Shown: positions 47,718 to 60,238, counted from the first letter of the whole stretch. The stretch: 63,422 nucleotides of DNA, filler included, from Olpidium bornovanus S191 (GCA_017911155.1; 29 parts of 29 records of this genome joined end to end with filler, not necessarily neighbours in it); one strand, 5' to 3'. Numbers and translations are program-made. Notes: generated by a model from the letters alone, not told the origin.

Positions 47718-48900
47718 CTTTTGATGCGCAACAGGATTTACCATACAAATTGGGCACAATACAAGACAGTATTTGCCAAAGGATTCGCCAAAAATTTAAG
47801 GCAGAGGTCATAAAAAGATTCACCGCAGAACTTAACGCAGGATACTTACTGAATTTTTGACAGAGTTTAAAGCTGGATTTGGTATTTGCGGCAGAATTTC
47901 GATTTGTCACAGGGTTCGGCGGAATTAAAGCTTGATTTAGCATGGGACTCGGTGCAGAACTTTCAGGGTGGTTCGCCCCAAAATCCCAGCAGAATTTGTG
48001 GTAGGAATCGCGGCTGGGCGTACAACAGGATTTGTGGTAAAATTTCCCGCAGACTCTGCTGCATATTTCCCGCAGAATCTGCTGCATATTCCCCGCTGAC
48101 TTCACTGCAGCCCAGCAGAAATTCCCGCAGAACTTGCTGCATCCAAGCAGTAATTCTCGCATCCCTGCATAATTTGCCGCCAATTTCAAGGCAAAATTTG
48201 CGGCAGAATTGGACATTAAATCGCCAACGGATTCGCGACAAGCCTCGAGGCAAGATCTGTGGCAGAAATCGACACGAAATTTGATGCAAGGTCCGCGGAC
48301 AAATTTGCCGCAGAATTTGCGGCAGGATTGGCAGCAGAATTCACAACAATCTTCGCAGCAGAATCAGCTCAAAGTTCACAGGAAATGCTCCGTGGTGACC
48401 CTGGCGATATCTCTGAGGAAGCAAAAACTTGCCAAGGTTAGTGAGTTTGGCCGGTTCTCCAGGTGCGTACCCGCCGGGGTCAGCCTGAGGCCGCATGTGG
48501 GGAATTTTTTTTTCTGTATGTTTTGGGAGGGCCGCGCAGGCAAACCTTCCGCCGCACGCCGTTTTCGTCGCCCGCGCGACCCCCGCGCTCCGGGGAAAGG
48601 GCGGGACGACCGCCGCAGCAGCAGCAACAGCAGCGCCACACGTCGCAACACCGCCGCACTCCCCTCCCCGTGCGTCCGCGGAGCGGCTTCGAAACAGGCG
48701 TCGCCAGGGGGGCCCGCGCCGGCGCGGGCGCTTGCCGCGGCCGGCGGCCAGTCTCTGCGGAGTGAGCGGCGCGCGGGGCCGCGCTTCGTTTGCCTCGCGC
48801 GGCGGGCTGGGCTTGGAACGGGACTGCGGTGCTGACTCTGCCCGGCGCTCTCTCCTTGCGCGGCAGCAGGTCCGATCTCCAATCGGCGGGAAACGCAGAC

Positions 48901-51900
48901 ATGGAGCCGACGCCGTCTGCCGAAGTTGGGCCAGCGCTCTCGCGCGAAGACAGCGGATCATGTTTCTCACGGCAGGCTTCAGTCGTGGACGTGCTGCACC
49001 TGCATGACAACAGGATACAGTTTGACAACGTCTACCTCAACTCCCTGCACGCTTTGAAGCGCCTCGAGCTCCGCAATAACGCGGGGGTGCCCATACTTGT
49101 CAAATTACGTTCGAACTTGGGCACTCAGGTCGCCTTCCAATTGACGAACGAGAACCTGCCGCGGGCGTTGGTGCCGCAGCAAGCTGTCGAGCCGCCGAAC
49201 TCTTCTGCCGTCGCCTCGCCGCTCTCCGAGTCTGAGCTCGCGCTGGGCTTGAAGTCCGTGCTCAGGCCGGCCGCTGACGCGGCCCCGTCCGCAGTCCCTC
49301 GTACATCTGCGAACGGGTCTGTGACGTCAAAGTCCGAAGCGGCGCTTTCGATACTGAGCCACTCCACCGATTCGCTTCCGACGTCGGAGGCTGGCGTTGA
49401 ACGTGCTGACCGCGACTACGACGACGAAGACGGCGCCGAGGACGAAGACGTGTTTGTGGACGCTGACGAGCACCTCGGTACGTCCGCGTGATAGGAACGA
49501 TGCGGACTTGCCTGCTGTTTGGGTGGTTGCTGACACCGCTGACTCCGCTGTGCACTTGTAGGCGAATCCGAAGGCTCGGATATGTTGCCCTCCCCGGACA
49601 TCGCAAATATGGGAGGGGGTACAGGTCATCACTTCAACAGCGTGGCCTACGGGGAACACAGCCACCAGTATAATCAACTCTTTAACTACGTCAACCATAT
49701 CGACGAAGTGGGTATTCTGCCTGGTAAATCCCAGCAGATCATAATTGCATTCCTTCCGGATGACAAGGGCGAGTCACGGAGGAAAGGGGACGCGTTAGAT
49801 GGAGATACCTCTGTTGAGACAAGTGATCCTGAAACGTACGACTTCTTCGAAGTCAACGGCTTCATTCTTTTGTACGCGTACCTCCTTGGACCGCGCTTCG
49901 TGCTGGAAAGCTCGTTGAGACCACGAGAAGTCGAAGGGTCACCCACGGAGTCACCCAGTCAGAATCGCGTATCTTGGAAAACAAAGGGCCGACCAGTCCT
50001 GTTTTCAGGTAGCGGTATGTTTTCGCGGAAATCGTCAGAAGACGTCCCTAACTGGAGTGGTTTCTGGCGCGCAAGCGGCATAACAAGCAAGGTGCTGGAT
50101 GACAGCGTGTCACTCTCGCCAGTGAGCCAGGATGGCACGGTCGCCTCCACTGCGCCGGTTCGAGAAGTCGAGCCACACGACGACCAGTCTGTAGCTCCCA
50201 ACAAGCCGCGAGGAGTGGATTATCAATGCGAGATCAAATTTAGGTCACGTGTGTGCCGGTCAGTACTGTGGACTGACGAGTCGGCGATCGCTTTCGACGA
50301 TTGTATCGTGGGGGGGACGTACTTCAGAGACTTCACAATCTGGAACAAGTCTGAGATTGAGCTCTATTGGTGCCTCAACACAGTGGATCTCAGCAGTATA
50401 CCCAACTTTGCGGACACGCTCCGTTTTTACGACTACCATTCTGGCCGGCCGCTGGATCTCCAGCATGGCGAAAATACCACGAGCCCAGGAGTCGCTGACA
50501 ACAGCCGAAATCTTGGCGCCTCGCTCTCTCACAAAACGGTCGTTCTCCAGCCACCGATTTCCGGATTTGCGCACAGGCGAATCAGGGTGGTGTTTCGGCC
50601 AAACCTGGTCGGTGATTTCAACTACGATCTCCAGCTGGAAAACGCGAACGACGCGTCAAACGTTGTAGAATGTCACCTGCATGCCACGGTGCGGCCCGCC
50701 GGCTCACCCGCGGTGGAGGAGTCGCTGGTAGTGTCTTCCGGCAACGTTTTGGACTTTGGAGATTGCTGTGCTGGTGCATGGGCCAAGCAGCAGCTCGTCC
50801 TACGCAACATCGGAGAATGGCCGCTGGAAGTCAAATTCGTCGGACCGGAAGACACTGGGAACACCGTGGACGCTAGCGAAGCAATCGACAGCGTTGTGTT
50901 TGACCTCGGAGCTGAGCCGGACGACCTTGATAGGGAGCTGGACGATGATGATACGGTGCTTGCCGACTTTACCTTGGTTCAACCTTCAAGCGTCGCGAAT
51001 GCCGATGTGGAGCCACTGGCGATCAGCACGGTTGATGCGGACCTGAAGACTGCGGCGGGGCTGATGTCGCCTCTCGCCTCCCCATCGGTCGATTTCAGCA
51101 GCTGGCAAAGTTCGAAGGCGAGCCGCACCTCTTCCAGGGCCACCAGCCCGACTCCTTCGAAAAAGCATTCGCTCCAAATCACAGCTCCGTTGATTCCGCC
51201 GCCGGCACACCAGGAAGAGTCCCTCCCGGCATCCGGCGCACCCCGATCAGCAGCTTGGAGCTATCAGGGCGCGGCAGAGGGCGTGCAAAGGCCGCGCCGT
51301 TCAAGTGGCAGCCGAAGTGAAAAACCTACCGTGACACGGACAGGCTCCGGGCGCGGAGCGCTGACGAGGATAGAGGAGCTTTTCCTGAAGCCTGGCACCG
51401 AGAGGACTGTGCAGGTCTCCTACCGGCCGCGCAAGGACTCGTCACTGAATGATTACAAAGCCGGCAAGCTCGTACGGAGGATCTTCCGGATCGTTCTCTT
51501 TTACAGTCCCATTAAGTACGCCACGTTCACCGATCATAACCGGCACGAGGAGAGCACGGACACAAGCACCGCTCTCTCCGGCAGGCCGCAGACCACGCTA
51601 ATGGAGCGGAAGATAATTCAGTGCAAGGCCCGGACGTGCACGTCGTTCGTAGACATCCAGCCCGCAGACGGGCTAATCAATTTCGGCGACACGGACGTTG
51701 GAGTGCTCAAATCCCATTGTATGACAATCTTCAACCAGTCGGAGATCCCCGCGCAAGTGCAGCTTTGGTTCACCTCCAAAATCCTGAACGCCTACCGCGA
51801 CGTCATCAACATCGCTCCGAACAAGAGCGTGGAAGTGAAACTCGACATTCACCCGCGGAAAATAAATCCCGACTACCGGAAACAGATCGTCATCGCAAAC

Positions 51901-52615
51901 TTGCTGAACCGAGATAACGACAAGATCGTGGAAGTGAGGGCGGTGAACATCGACAAGCACCGCATCACGTTCCACTCGTTATTCTACCGAGTCGGCACGC
52001 GGGAGAACACCAACTGGCTGGACTTTGGGTCGATGGTCCTCAATTGCCCGCAGGTCAGGGCGCTGACCATTGAGAACATTTCGCAGACCAGTGCCCTCCC
52101 CCTCGAAGTCACCACAAGTCTGCCCGCGGAAGTCCGGGTGTACCGCCAGGTCCCCGCCGGTGAACGCATGCTGGACCGCGAGAGGGAGCGGATGAAGACT
52201 CGCGGAAGGGAGCGTCAGTTGGATGCGCTGACCCAACAGGAGCTGCCGTCGGCGTTCGACCAGCTGCCGCTTGAGCTGACTGGCTCCGCGGTAAACCCCG
52301 GTGTCTTGCACATCCCGAAAACGGAGGAGCCGTCCAGCACGGATCTTTCGCAAGCTGCAAAAGTCGTCGGGAGAACTTCGGCTGCCGATCATCCACCGCC
52401 AGCTGCTGAGAGCGGCGAGGAAGGTGCTCCTCTGCCAGCTACAGAGAATGCGAGGCAGGCGGGACCGGGGGCGGCCCACGCGGAGACGAGTCATCCGTCG
52501 GCCTTGTCGGCCTCCAACGTCGGCGAAGGCATCGCGCAGACCGCCGCCAGCGACTTACCAAGTCTGGTTACAAAAATTGGCGATCCTTTCTCCCCTTCGC
52601 TCCCAAATTCCGGCC
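48901..52615 (+). CDS. Large multi-immunoglobulin-fold (ASH/PapD-like repeat) protein, 3' truncated
   Basis: Exon 48901-49477 joins in frame to a >3-kb exon from 49562. Repeated beta-rich modules: IQFDNVYLNSLHALKRLELRNN, IAFDDCIVGGTYFRDFTIWN, LDFGDCCAGAWAKQQLVLRN, INFGDTDVGVLKSHCMTIFN, LDFGSMVLNCPQVRALTIEN ((L/I)xFG...xxN pattern of ASH-like domains). Confidence 0.8.
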
Positions 52616-53206
52616 NNNNNNNNNNNNNNNNNNNNNNNNNNNNNNNNNNNNNNNNNNNNTTAATTAATTAANNNNNNNNNNNNNNNNNNNNNNNNNNNNN
52701 NNNNNNNNNNNNNNNAGCAGCAGCAGCAGTGTCAGGGGGATTTCACGGGCATCGCAGGGTGAAGATATAACGACGACAACGAGGCGGTTTTTTTTTTGCG
52801 CGCGTTAATTTTGGCAATCCATACAATTAGATCATGGTATGGCGGGCATTTTTTTTTTGGTGGGGGGGGTAATTTTTTAGCAGGAGCTAATTGTAGTCCA
52901 GTGCCTGCGATTTGTCGCGGCCGCGCACCCCGCCTTCCCTGCCAAGGGCAAAACGGACGACGCCCCAACGTCCCGGCCGACCCCGCTATCTGACCCCACA
53001 CTTTTTTGCCGGAGCAGGAAAATCCTGACAAACCAAACTTGTTAAAACAGGGGATTACCGGCAAACAACTCCACCGCCACCGGGTGGGGTGGGAACCACA
53101 CCGAAAGACACGAGATTTGGAAGGAAGGCCTTTGGTTGCTGAGGTTGTTTTTGGATACGTATAGTGTTTTTCCCTGCGCCAGCAGCGGCGCGAACGGCAG
53201 CGCCTC

Positions 53207-53259
<53 letters not shown>

Positions 53260-53318
53260 TGTTTTTTTGGAGACGTTTGGGGTTTTTCCCCCGGCCCGCA
53301 GCGGCGCGAACGGCGGCC

Positions 53319-53353
<35 letters not shown>

Positions 53354-54088
53354 GCCGGGCCGGCGGCGCCGGATGTGTTTGAAGTTGTCAAAGCACGTAA
53401 CTGCAGCCCGCAGCCGTTACGCGGTAAACGGCAAACAAGCTGGGCTTTTCATCCCGATCCCAAACGCGTGCAACGAACTTCCCTAATCCTCCCACAATGC
53501 TATGGAGAGGTTTCGCGAGGGACAAAACTTTTTACGCCGATGCGCAGTTTTCGGCAGGCCCCGCCCGTTTTTGTTTTTTTTTTATTTTATTTTTTAGGGC
53601 TTCGCGTACGGGACGCGCGCGCGGGGGAGGGAGAGCGCGGGAAATGTTCGCACGCGACGCGCCCACGCATTTCCCCCGCGTTTCGCCCCCGAATTTTTTT
53701 TTTTGTTTTTCCGTTTTCATTGTTTGTGTTTTTTATTTTTTTTTTTTTCCCCCTCGTTTTCGCCCGCGAGAGCCGGCACTCCGCTAGCGACCCGCCCGCC
53801 GCTTTATCCCAGCCGGCCAACCTGGCCGACCCACTTCCCACCTGCGGTTGCCGAAGCAACTCCGCCGCATTCCCCCCGTTTTCGATCGCTCTCTCTCCTC
53901 CGCCCGCCTCCCGCCTCTTCCGAGCCGTAACAACAACGACAGCCCCTTCTGCCTCCTTGCGCGGGCGAGAACGAAAGCTCCAGCCCTCNNNNNNNNNNNN
54001 NNNNNNNNNNNNNNNNNNNNNNNNNNNNNNNNTTAATTAATTAANNNNNNNNNNNNNNNNNNNNNNNNNNNNNNNNNNNNNNNNNNNN

Positions 54089-55278
54089 GACGTTCGTCTG
54101 TAGGTGGGAAGATTGTTACGTTTTAGCGCAAGAAGAGCCCTGAATATCACAGTCCAGAAAATTTGCACGTACAGAGCCAGTAAACGAAACTTTGCGAATA
54201 TCCGCATGTTTGGTCAACTCTTCTCCGACCTCTTTGGTGTGTTTATGGGAGGTGGTGACGACATTCAGAACGCCCTGCGGAACGCCCGCCCGCATCCCAA
54301 GCTCCGCAAGGGCAAGAGCAGAAAGGGGCGTCTCTGAAGCCGGTTTCACAATCGTTGTGCATCCTACAAAAGTGGGATCACTTAATGTCAGTGGTATCCC
54401 AGATTGTCAGGGAAATAAGTTTGACGTACCTGCAGCGAGAGCTCTCCAAAAGAAGACGCCGAAGGCAACAGTGGGGTTAGGTCCTGCATGACCAAGGCAA
54501 CATCCAATACGCGGCCTGTTCGATTACCAGCACCAACTTTGCGTGTAATCATCTGGTCGCGGACGGAGTTTCACGTTCCGGACCGGCTTCTCAATCATGA
54601 TGCTACCCGCTTCCGTAAACCAACAGCAACAGATTAACGACACGACGTACCGCAAAAGGGAAATTCCAAGGCGTTATAATGGCCACCACTCCAACAGGTT
54701 GCTTGAGGACAAGGAGCCGTTGATCAGGAACGGGGTTTGGTATGACGTCCCCGTAAACTCTGCGAGCTTCTTCGGCAAACCACTCGATGAAGCTCGCCCC
54801 ATACCGCACTTCGCTCAACGACTCCTTGAGTGGTTTCCCGTTCTCGAGAGTGATCAAGACTGCCAAGTCACCTTCGCTTGCCGTTATTAGCGAGTACCAA
54901 GACTTCAATATTTGGTGGCGTTGCTGCGTGGAAATAATCCGGAATCCCAACATAACCGCGGTGAGCCACGGAGGGCCTTTGCTGCAATGTGATGACCTGC
55001 GGCAGAGTCCGCTGCACCTTTGAGGTGTACGTCTTCCATTCGTCGAACGCTTCCCGTGCAACGCCTATTGCCTTTCGGACGTCGCTGACTTCGAAATCCG
55101 GAACATCCGTAATATGGTCTCCAGTCGATGGGTCTGTTTTGTCGGATTGGCGGAGTTAATGCCGGGTTGCCTTTGTGAGGCACGCCGTTTGAGTTGCTCC
55201 GCCTCGTGCCTTTGACTGTGAAGGTTCCTTGGCAGTCTGCACCGATCCACTGGTTGCCTACAAACGCTCTGGACTTCA
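54089..55278 (-). CDS. UGA2: Succinate-semialdehyde dehydrogenase (ALDH5/GabD type), partial
   Basis: AFVGNQWIG...DPSTG...[39 protein letters not shown]...[18 protein letters not shown]|MITRKVGA|ALAAG|[21 protein letters not shown]...IRKVSFTGS. Confidence 0.93.
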
Positions 55279-56230
55279 CTAGGGAGGAATCTCTCGGCCT
55301 ACGCGAGCAAGCGATGGCGGACTATCCCGTCACAGCGACACGACCGGCCAGACATGGGTCAGACTAAGAGAGTGCCAATCTGAAGACGCCACGTACACAT
55401 CGCAGAAGACCCACGTATCTGGAAACCGGGCTGCAGAACAGCCCCCAAACACCGGGGCGAAAGCCGGACACCCTGGGCAGCACGGGGGTTGACGCGAACA
55501 TTGCGAAAGTCGCCTCCTGTTCGCGGAAGCCCACCAACGCGGGGCCGTTAAAATCGTAGTTCAGCTGGGCAGGGCATGACGCGGCTCGCCTCTGGAAAGG
55601 GCCCGCAGGACTCGCCGACACGCCGTCCAGCCGCGCCGCAGTTCCGAGCGAGCGGCGTGCTCGGCGCACCTGATCTTACGGCGCGAGCGCGGCGGAGGTC
55701 CCCGAGAAGGTTGCGACGGGGCGGGGCTGTGGACGCCCTGCATGAGCCAGCAGCAATTTCATTGCACCCTTTGGATTGGCATAATCTTGCGCAAACATTC
55801 AACTGAATGGCACCGCGGACAGGGCGCACCAACGCACCTGCCCTGCCCAAAAAAGTATCCNNNNNNNNNNNNNNNNNNNNNNNNNNNNNNNNNNNNNNNN
55901 NNNNTTAATTAATTAANNNNNNNNNNNNNNNNNNNNNNNNNNNNNNNNNNNNNNNNNNNNGGGGCGAGGGAGGGGAGGGGAGGGGGAACAGGACGGGAAG
56001 GGTCCGTGCGTCCTTCCTCTCTCTCTCTCTGTCTCTCGCTCTGTCTCGCGGGGAAGAAGGCGGGGCGTGCGTGGGGAAGACGGGGGGAGGAAAGAGGCGC
56101 GGGGGGAGAACGCGGGCGCGGGCGCGGGTGCGGGGAAAAGGAGGAGTGGTGGTGGCCAGCGGCCACTCTCAAACACCACAGCAGGTTTATATAGTGCTAG
56201 CAGCTCTCGATGTTCCGGACAAGCTCGGTG

Positions 56231-56382
56231 CCGCTCCTGACGTGCTCAGCGCGCTCTTGACGCTCCTGTTGCCGTTCTTGATGTTCCTGACGTGCTCAAT
56301 GCCGCTCTCAACATTCCGGACGTGCTCAATGCCGCTCTCGACGCTCCTGACGTGCTCAGTGTCCCTCACGACGCTCCTGACG
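56231..56382 (+). repeat. 30-bp tandem repeat (3 full units plus degenerate and partial units)
   Basis: Unit near ACGCTCCTGACGTGCTCAATGCCGCTCTCG at 56281, 56311 and 56341, partial at 56371, degenerate at 56231. The minus strand encodes the decapeptide repeat EHVR(S/N)VESGI. Confidence 0.85.
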
Positions 56383-57059
56383 GTCGGCGCCTCGAGCGCA
56401 GTCAGCTGCCAATGCGGCTTAAAGCCGCGCTTTTCCCCAATATCACGCACAAGGCGTACTAGAGCGACCGGACATACTGGGATCAATTGTATTTTGCTCA
56501 GAAGAATTATTGCCGTTGTTGGCGGATTTATGGCAAGCCAATTGGGGGAGATTCAGAGCGTTCTGGCGTCTGGGTATCGGATAACTGTTTCTTGACCTTG
56601 CAACATTGTGAACTGATGCGCCAACCATACGCCGTGCATCTACGGGCCTTCTCAGGTGTGCTCTGCAACTTTGATTTTGCGTAGTAGTTTTGCATAGTAG
56701 TTTTTCAAACTCGGCCAAGGAGCAGTCAGACCCACCGGGATCCTCGTATTTTGCTCATAAAAGTCATTTCCATCCTTGACAGGTTTTAGGGAAGCCAATT
56801 GGTTTGATTCAGAGCATTTGAGTCTCTGGATGTCAGACATACGTTTCTAAATCTTAAGCCAGCACGAAAGGGCTTTGGCGGTTTCCGGCCGGGCGGGCGG
56901 CGGGACCTGCGGCGGCCGCGAGGAGTGGAGGGGTACAGGGGGGAAGGGAAGGGAGGGGCGGGGAGGGGACACAGGGGGAGGAGGAGAGGGGTAAACCAAA
57001 ACCTCCCGATGACGGCTGGCCCCGCGCTGGTTTTCCCAAGTTGTTGCGGCGGGTGGCGG

Positions 57060-57116
<57 letters not shown>

Positions 57117-57283
57117 ACCNNNNNNNNNNNNNNNNNNNNNNNNNNNNNNNNNNNNNNNNNNNNTTAATTAATTAANNNNNNNNNNNNNNNNNNNNNNNNN
57201 NNNNNNNNNNNNNNNNNNNACATGCATAACGTTTGGTGCGATTCCAAAGAAGTGGGGGATTTTGTCTTATATTTACCTTCTAA

Positions 57284-58279
57284 AATTTCCTGTGCCTTCT
57301 TCAACGCGACCTCGTATCCAGGCACAATCTCTGAAGGGTGCAATCCCATCCGGATGAGACACTCGGCCTGATGTAAAAGCTCGCCCGCGAAGACGACAAC
57401 GAAATTCGTCCCATCACCCATCTCCGCCTCCTGCTGCTGGCTGGCGGCAACGAGGAGTTTCGCGGCCGGATGAATGACATCCAGTTCGCGGATTATCGTT
57501 GCCGCATCGTTGGTCACGAAGAGCTTCTCCAGGTGATTAATGACCATCTTGTTGCGGCCTGTTGGCAGGTCATGTTCATATCAGCGGTGCACAATCCCAG
57601 TAGCCGTTTGGCATGACACTAACGTACCATTGGGACCTAGCGACGTTCTCGTGATTTCCGAGAGTTCAAGTACGGCGGAAATATTCCGCAGTATAGCCTC
57701 ATCGATACCGGACAGTACCTAAACAACAAATAACAGCAACCACTTCCGATTAAACAACAGAAGCGCGTGAATTGTGTGGCTTGCAAGCGTTCCACGCCAC
57801 TGCCCAAAGCCACCCCCTTCGTAAAACTTCGCTATTTTTTTGCAGTTATTTGCAGAAAGCATAAGGCAGCGACAGCGTACGGCGGCAGAAGCGCGGGAGA
57901 GGAAGCGAGTTGGGCAGCGAGGCGGCACGCTGGAACGGGAGCTACCGCGTCATTGGTCAAATACAGCAGGCGTGGGCCGGGTCTTGGCAGGAATGGAACT
58001 CCTTCCGCAAAAAGGAACGCCTTTTGCCACTCCCAACGAGTCCTCAACGGGTTCACACCACTCATCGCCCCCCCCCTCTCAACCAACAGCTTCGTCCGGC
58101 CTCGGCCTCTTCCGCGCCGAAACGTCAGCCTTTATCCAGCTTGGAAATGACCGCTTCCCCACGGGCCGCCTGGTCCGTACCCGCGTCCCAATTTAGCCGC
58201 GCCTCCGCCTCCGCCGCTCCCCGCGTACTTTGTATCCCTCCTTGAACAGCTGCGTCGGCTTCGGAATGCGGAGCGCCAT
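57284..58279 (-). CDS. CCT8: T-complex protein 1 subunit theta (3' truncated)
   Basis: MALRIPKPTQLFKEGYK | VLSGIDEAILRNISAVLELSEITRTSLGPNG | RNKMVINHLEKLFVTNDAATIIRELDVIHPAAKLLVAASQQQEAEMGDGTNFVVVFAGELL. Confidence 0.96.
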
Positions 58280-59858
58280 AGCTGTTGTTCGTTCGTCGGG
58301 AGTGTGAGCTGGGAGGAGGGGAGGGGGGAAGGGGGGGGAGTGCGGCCGTTGTAGTTGGCTGGCGCCTTCGTTTGCGCGGGAAAAAGGCGAGCGCCGATGT
58401 TTTTTCCCATCATCCAGCCCTGCAACATCGCCCCGCACACCCGCGCCCGGCTCCGAAAAACGAAGGAGCAAGCAGGCCGGTGCATAAAAGAAAAACAGCA
58501 CGAGCGAGCTGCGCTTCGTGGCCCTCAAGAATTACCTGTCCTGGCCTCGCCGGACCTTGTTGAATTCTTTTTTTTTTGGACATTGTACGACGAATAAGAT
58601 GTCACACACACGGCATCCTCAACATGCTTGACGCAATAAGTACCGGGTGCTGCACGCAATTCCTCACGACGTAATCCCCGCAACATTGACCAAGCAATGG
58701 CAGCAGAGCAAAAACACAACCTGGAGGCGATGCCAACGCAATGTGTGCACGACGATGTCGGTACAGATACCAGGGATGGGCTTGCGTGACATTATATCCT
58801 TGACATCGCGCGAATTGTATCCGTGTGCGCACGCGCGCGCCGTCGCCCCGCGTGTCTCTCAATCTTGCATTTTCCAGCTCCAGAAGAGTATTGCATGNNN
58901 NNNNNNNNNNNNNNNNNNNNNNNNNNNNNNNNNNNNNNNNNTTAATTAATTAANNNNNNNNNNNNNNNNNNNNNNNNNNNNNNNNNNNNNNNNNNNNCAT
59001 GCTACAAAAACAAACCTTCCCATTTTAAACTGCCAGCACTGGTTTTTGCCCTACAGATATGGCCGTGGAACCTTTCCGTTCTAAACTGCCCAAGACACAG
59101 ACAAGACGCTCCACACGCACTTTTATTCTCCTTTTAAGACCCAACTTTTATTTTCGGTAGCTTTTCGTATCATCCTTTTTTTATATTTTTTTGCACATGG
59201 CGGCCGCGGTGGAGATTGCCTGGGAGAAACCTGCTCAACCCAGGGAAATCAGCAACCTGGCGAAAACGCAGCACGCGAGCGCAAGCAGCCCGTGCCGTCT
59301 CTGCTTTGCAGCACGTCGAAAGCTGGGGAGCTCTTGTCAAGGCGACGCGCCTCGCCTGCGCAGAAAGGCACGGCCGCGTCGTTCCCGCCGGCGGTGGAAG
59401 GGCGGCGCCGCGGAAGTGGGGACCGGGCGGGACCTTCGAAACCAAACTGCCTCAGCGCGTGTCGGTCGCGTGCGCGCAGACGCTTCCCGGTTAACGCCCG
59501 CGAACGGCGGACCGCGCGAGACCCGGAAGTTGCGGCAGCGTACAAAAAAATGCGGGCGCCTTGGTTCCGCTGACTGGAAGAGGAAGGCGTTTCGCTTGCC
59601 GACGCAACGGCGCGTCCGTCGGCCGCCGCGCTACGCCTCGCCTGCCGCCTGCGCAGCCTCCTCCGTCCCGGGGAGACGTTGGCAGCGGCAGACCCGAACA
59701 AACAGGTCCACGGCCGCCGCGCCGCCTGAGCCCCGCGTCCTGCCCCGCCCATAGCGCCGCGGCGTGCGACCGCCACCCGGCGAGCCGGGAGGGGGGTTTT
59801 TTTTCCGGGGCGCTCGCCATCTTCGGTTTTCCGCCGGGGTGGGGGGCGGTGACGTGGC

Positions 59859-59862
<4 letters not shown>

Positions 59863-59888
<26 letters not shown>
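59863..59888 (+). repeat. (AG)13 microsatellite
   Basis: Perfect AG run. Confidence 0.9.
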
Positions 59889-59889
<1 letters not shown>

Positions 59890-60238
59890 CCCCTTTCCTT
59901 CCCCTTCCCCCCCGGCCGCCCTGCCTGCCTGTGCGGCCGCGGAGGGGGGCCGGGCCGGGGGGGGTTATTATTTGGGTGCGGGGCGGAGACAAGTTTTTCC
60001 CCCCCCCCCCCCCCCCGCTCCCCCGGGCCCGNNNNNNNNNNNNNNNNNNNNNNNNNNNNNNNNNNNNNNNNNNNNTTAATTAATTAANNNNNNNNNNNNN
60101 NNNNNNNNNNNNNNNNNNNNNNNNNNNNNNNGGAAGGAGTTTTGGGAAGCGCAAAGTTGTTTGCCGCCCCTCGGGTTTAGCGTTTCTTAATGGTTGTTTA
60201 ACCGCCGTGGTGGGCCGCCCTGTTCGCTGTGCTCCCAG

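Larger units (their letters stand above)
47369..47733 (+). mobile_element. Miniature non-autonomous LTR retrotransposon (TRIM) with tRNA-like sequence in both LTRs (Helenus/Cassandra-like)
   Basis: 5' LTR 47369-47502 (TG...CAACA); PBS GTTTATGAGCCC 47503-47514 (11/12 to the half-tRNA-iMet PBS); PPT AAGGGGGGG 47594-47602; 3' LTR 47603-47733 (TA[TG]...CAACA). The LTRs are colinear, with 24 mismatches plus one 3-nt gap (about 82% identity, hand count). Confidence 0.85.
45103..48424. repeat. Composite minisatellite region with inverted arms (foldback-like element remnant)
   Basis: A 12-bp unit near GCAGAATTTGCG runs on + at about 47140-48400 and as its reverse complement at about 45150-45480 (45367-45408 vs 48306-48347 inverted, 35/42 identical by hand). 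The interior has TTCGCAGAT-like 9-mers and GGAGCC/GGAACC hexamer blocks (45860-46860) and GGAAGGCAGATT-like units (46870-47100). Confidence 0.8.

Noticed and set aside
45103-48441. Many overlapping ORFs in the satellite region (e.g. 47587-48216, 46503-46838, 46081-46434)
   Set aside because: The translations are periodic by-products of 6-, 9- and 12-bp repeats on both strands and carry no domain signal.
52716-53988. ORFs in a poly-T/poly-G-rich contig
   Set aside because: Homopolymer-derived translations (FFFF, KKKK, GGGG) with no coding evidence.
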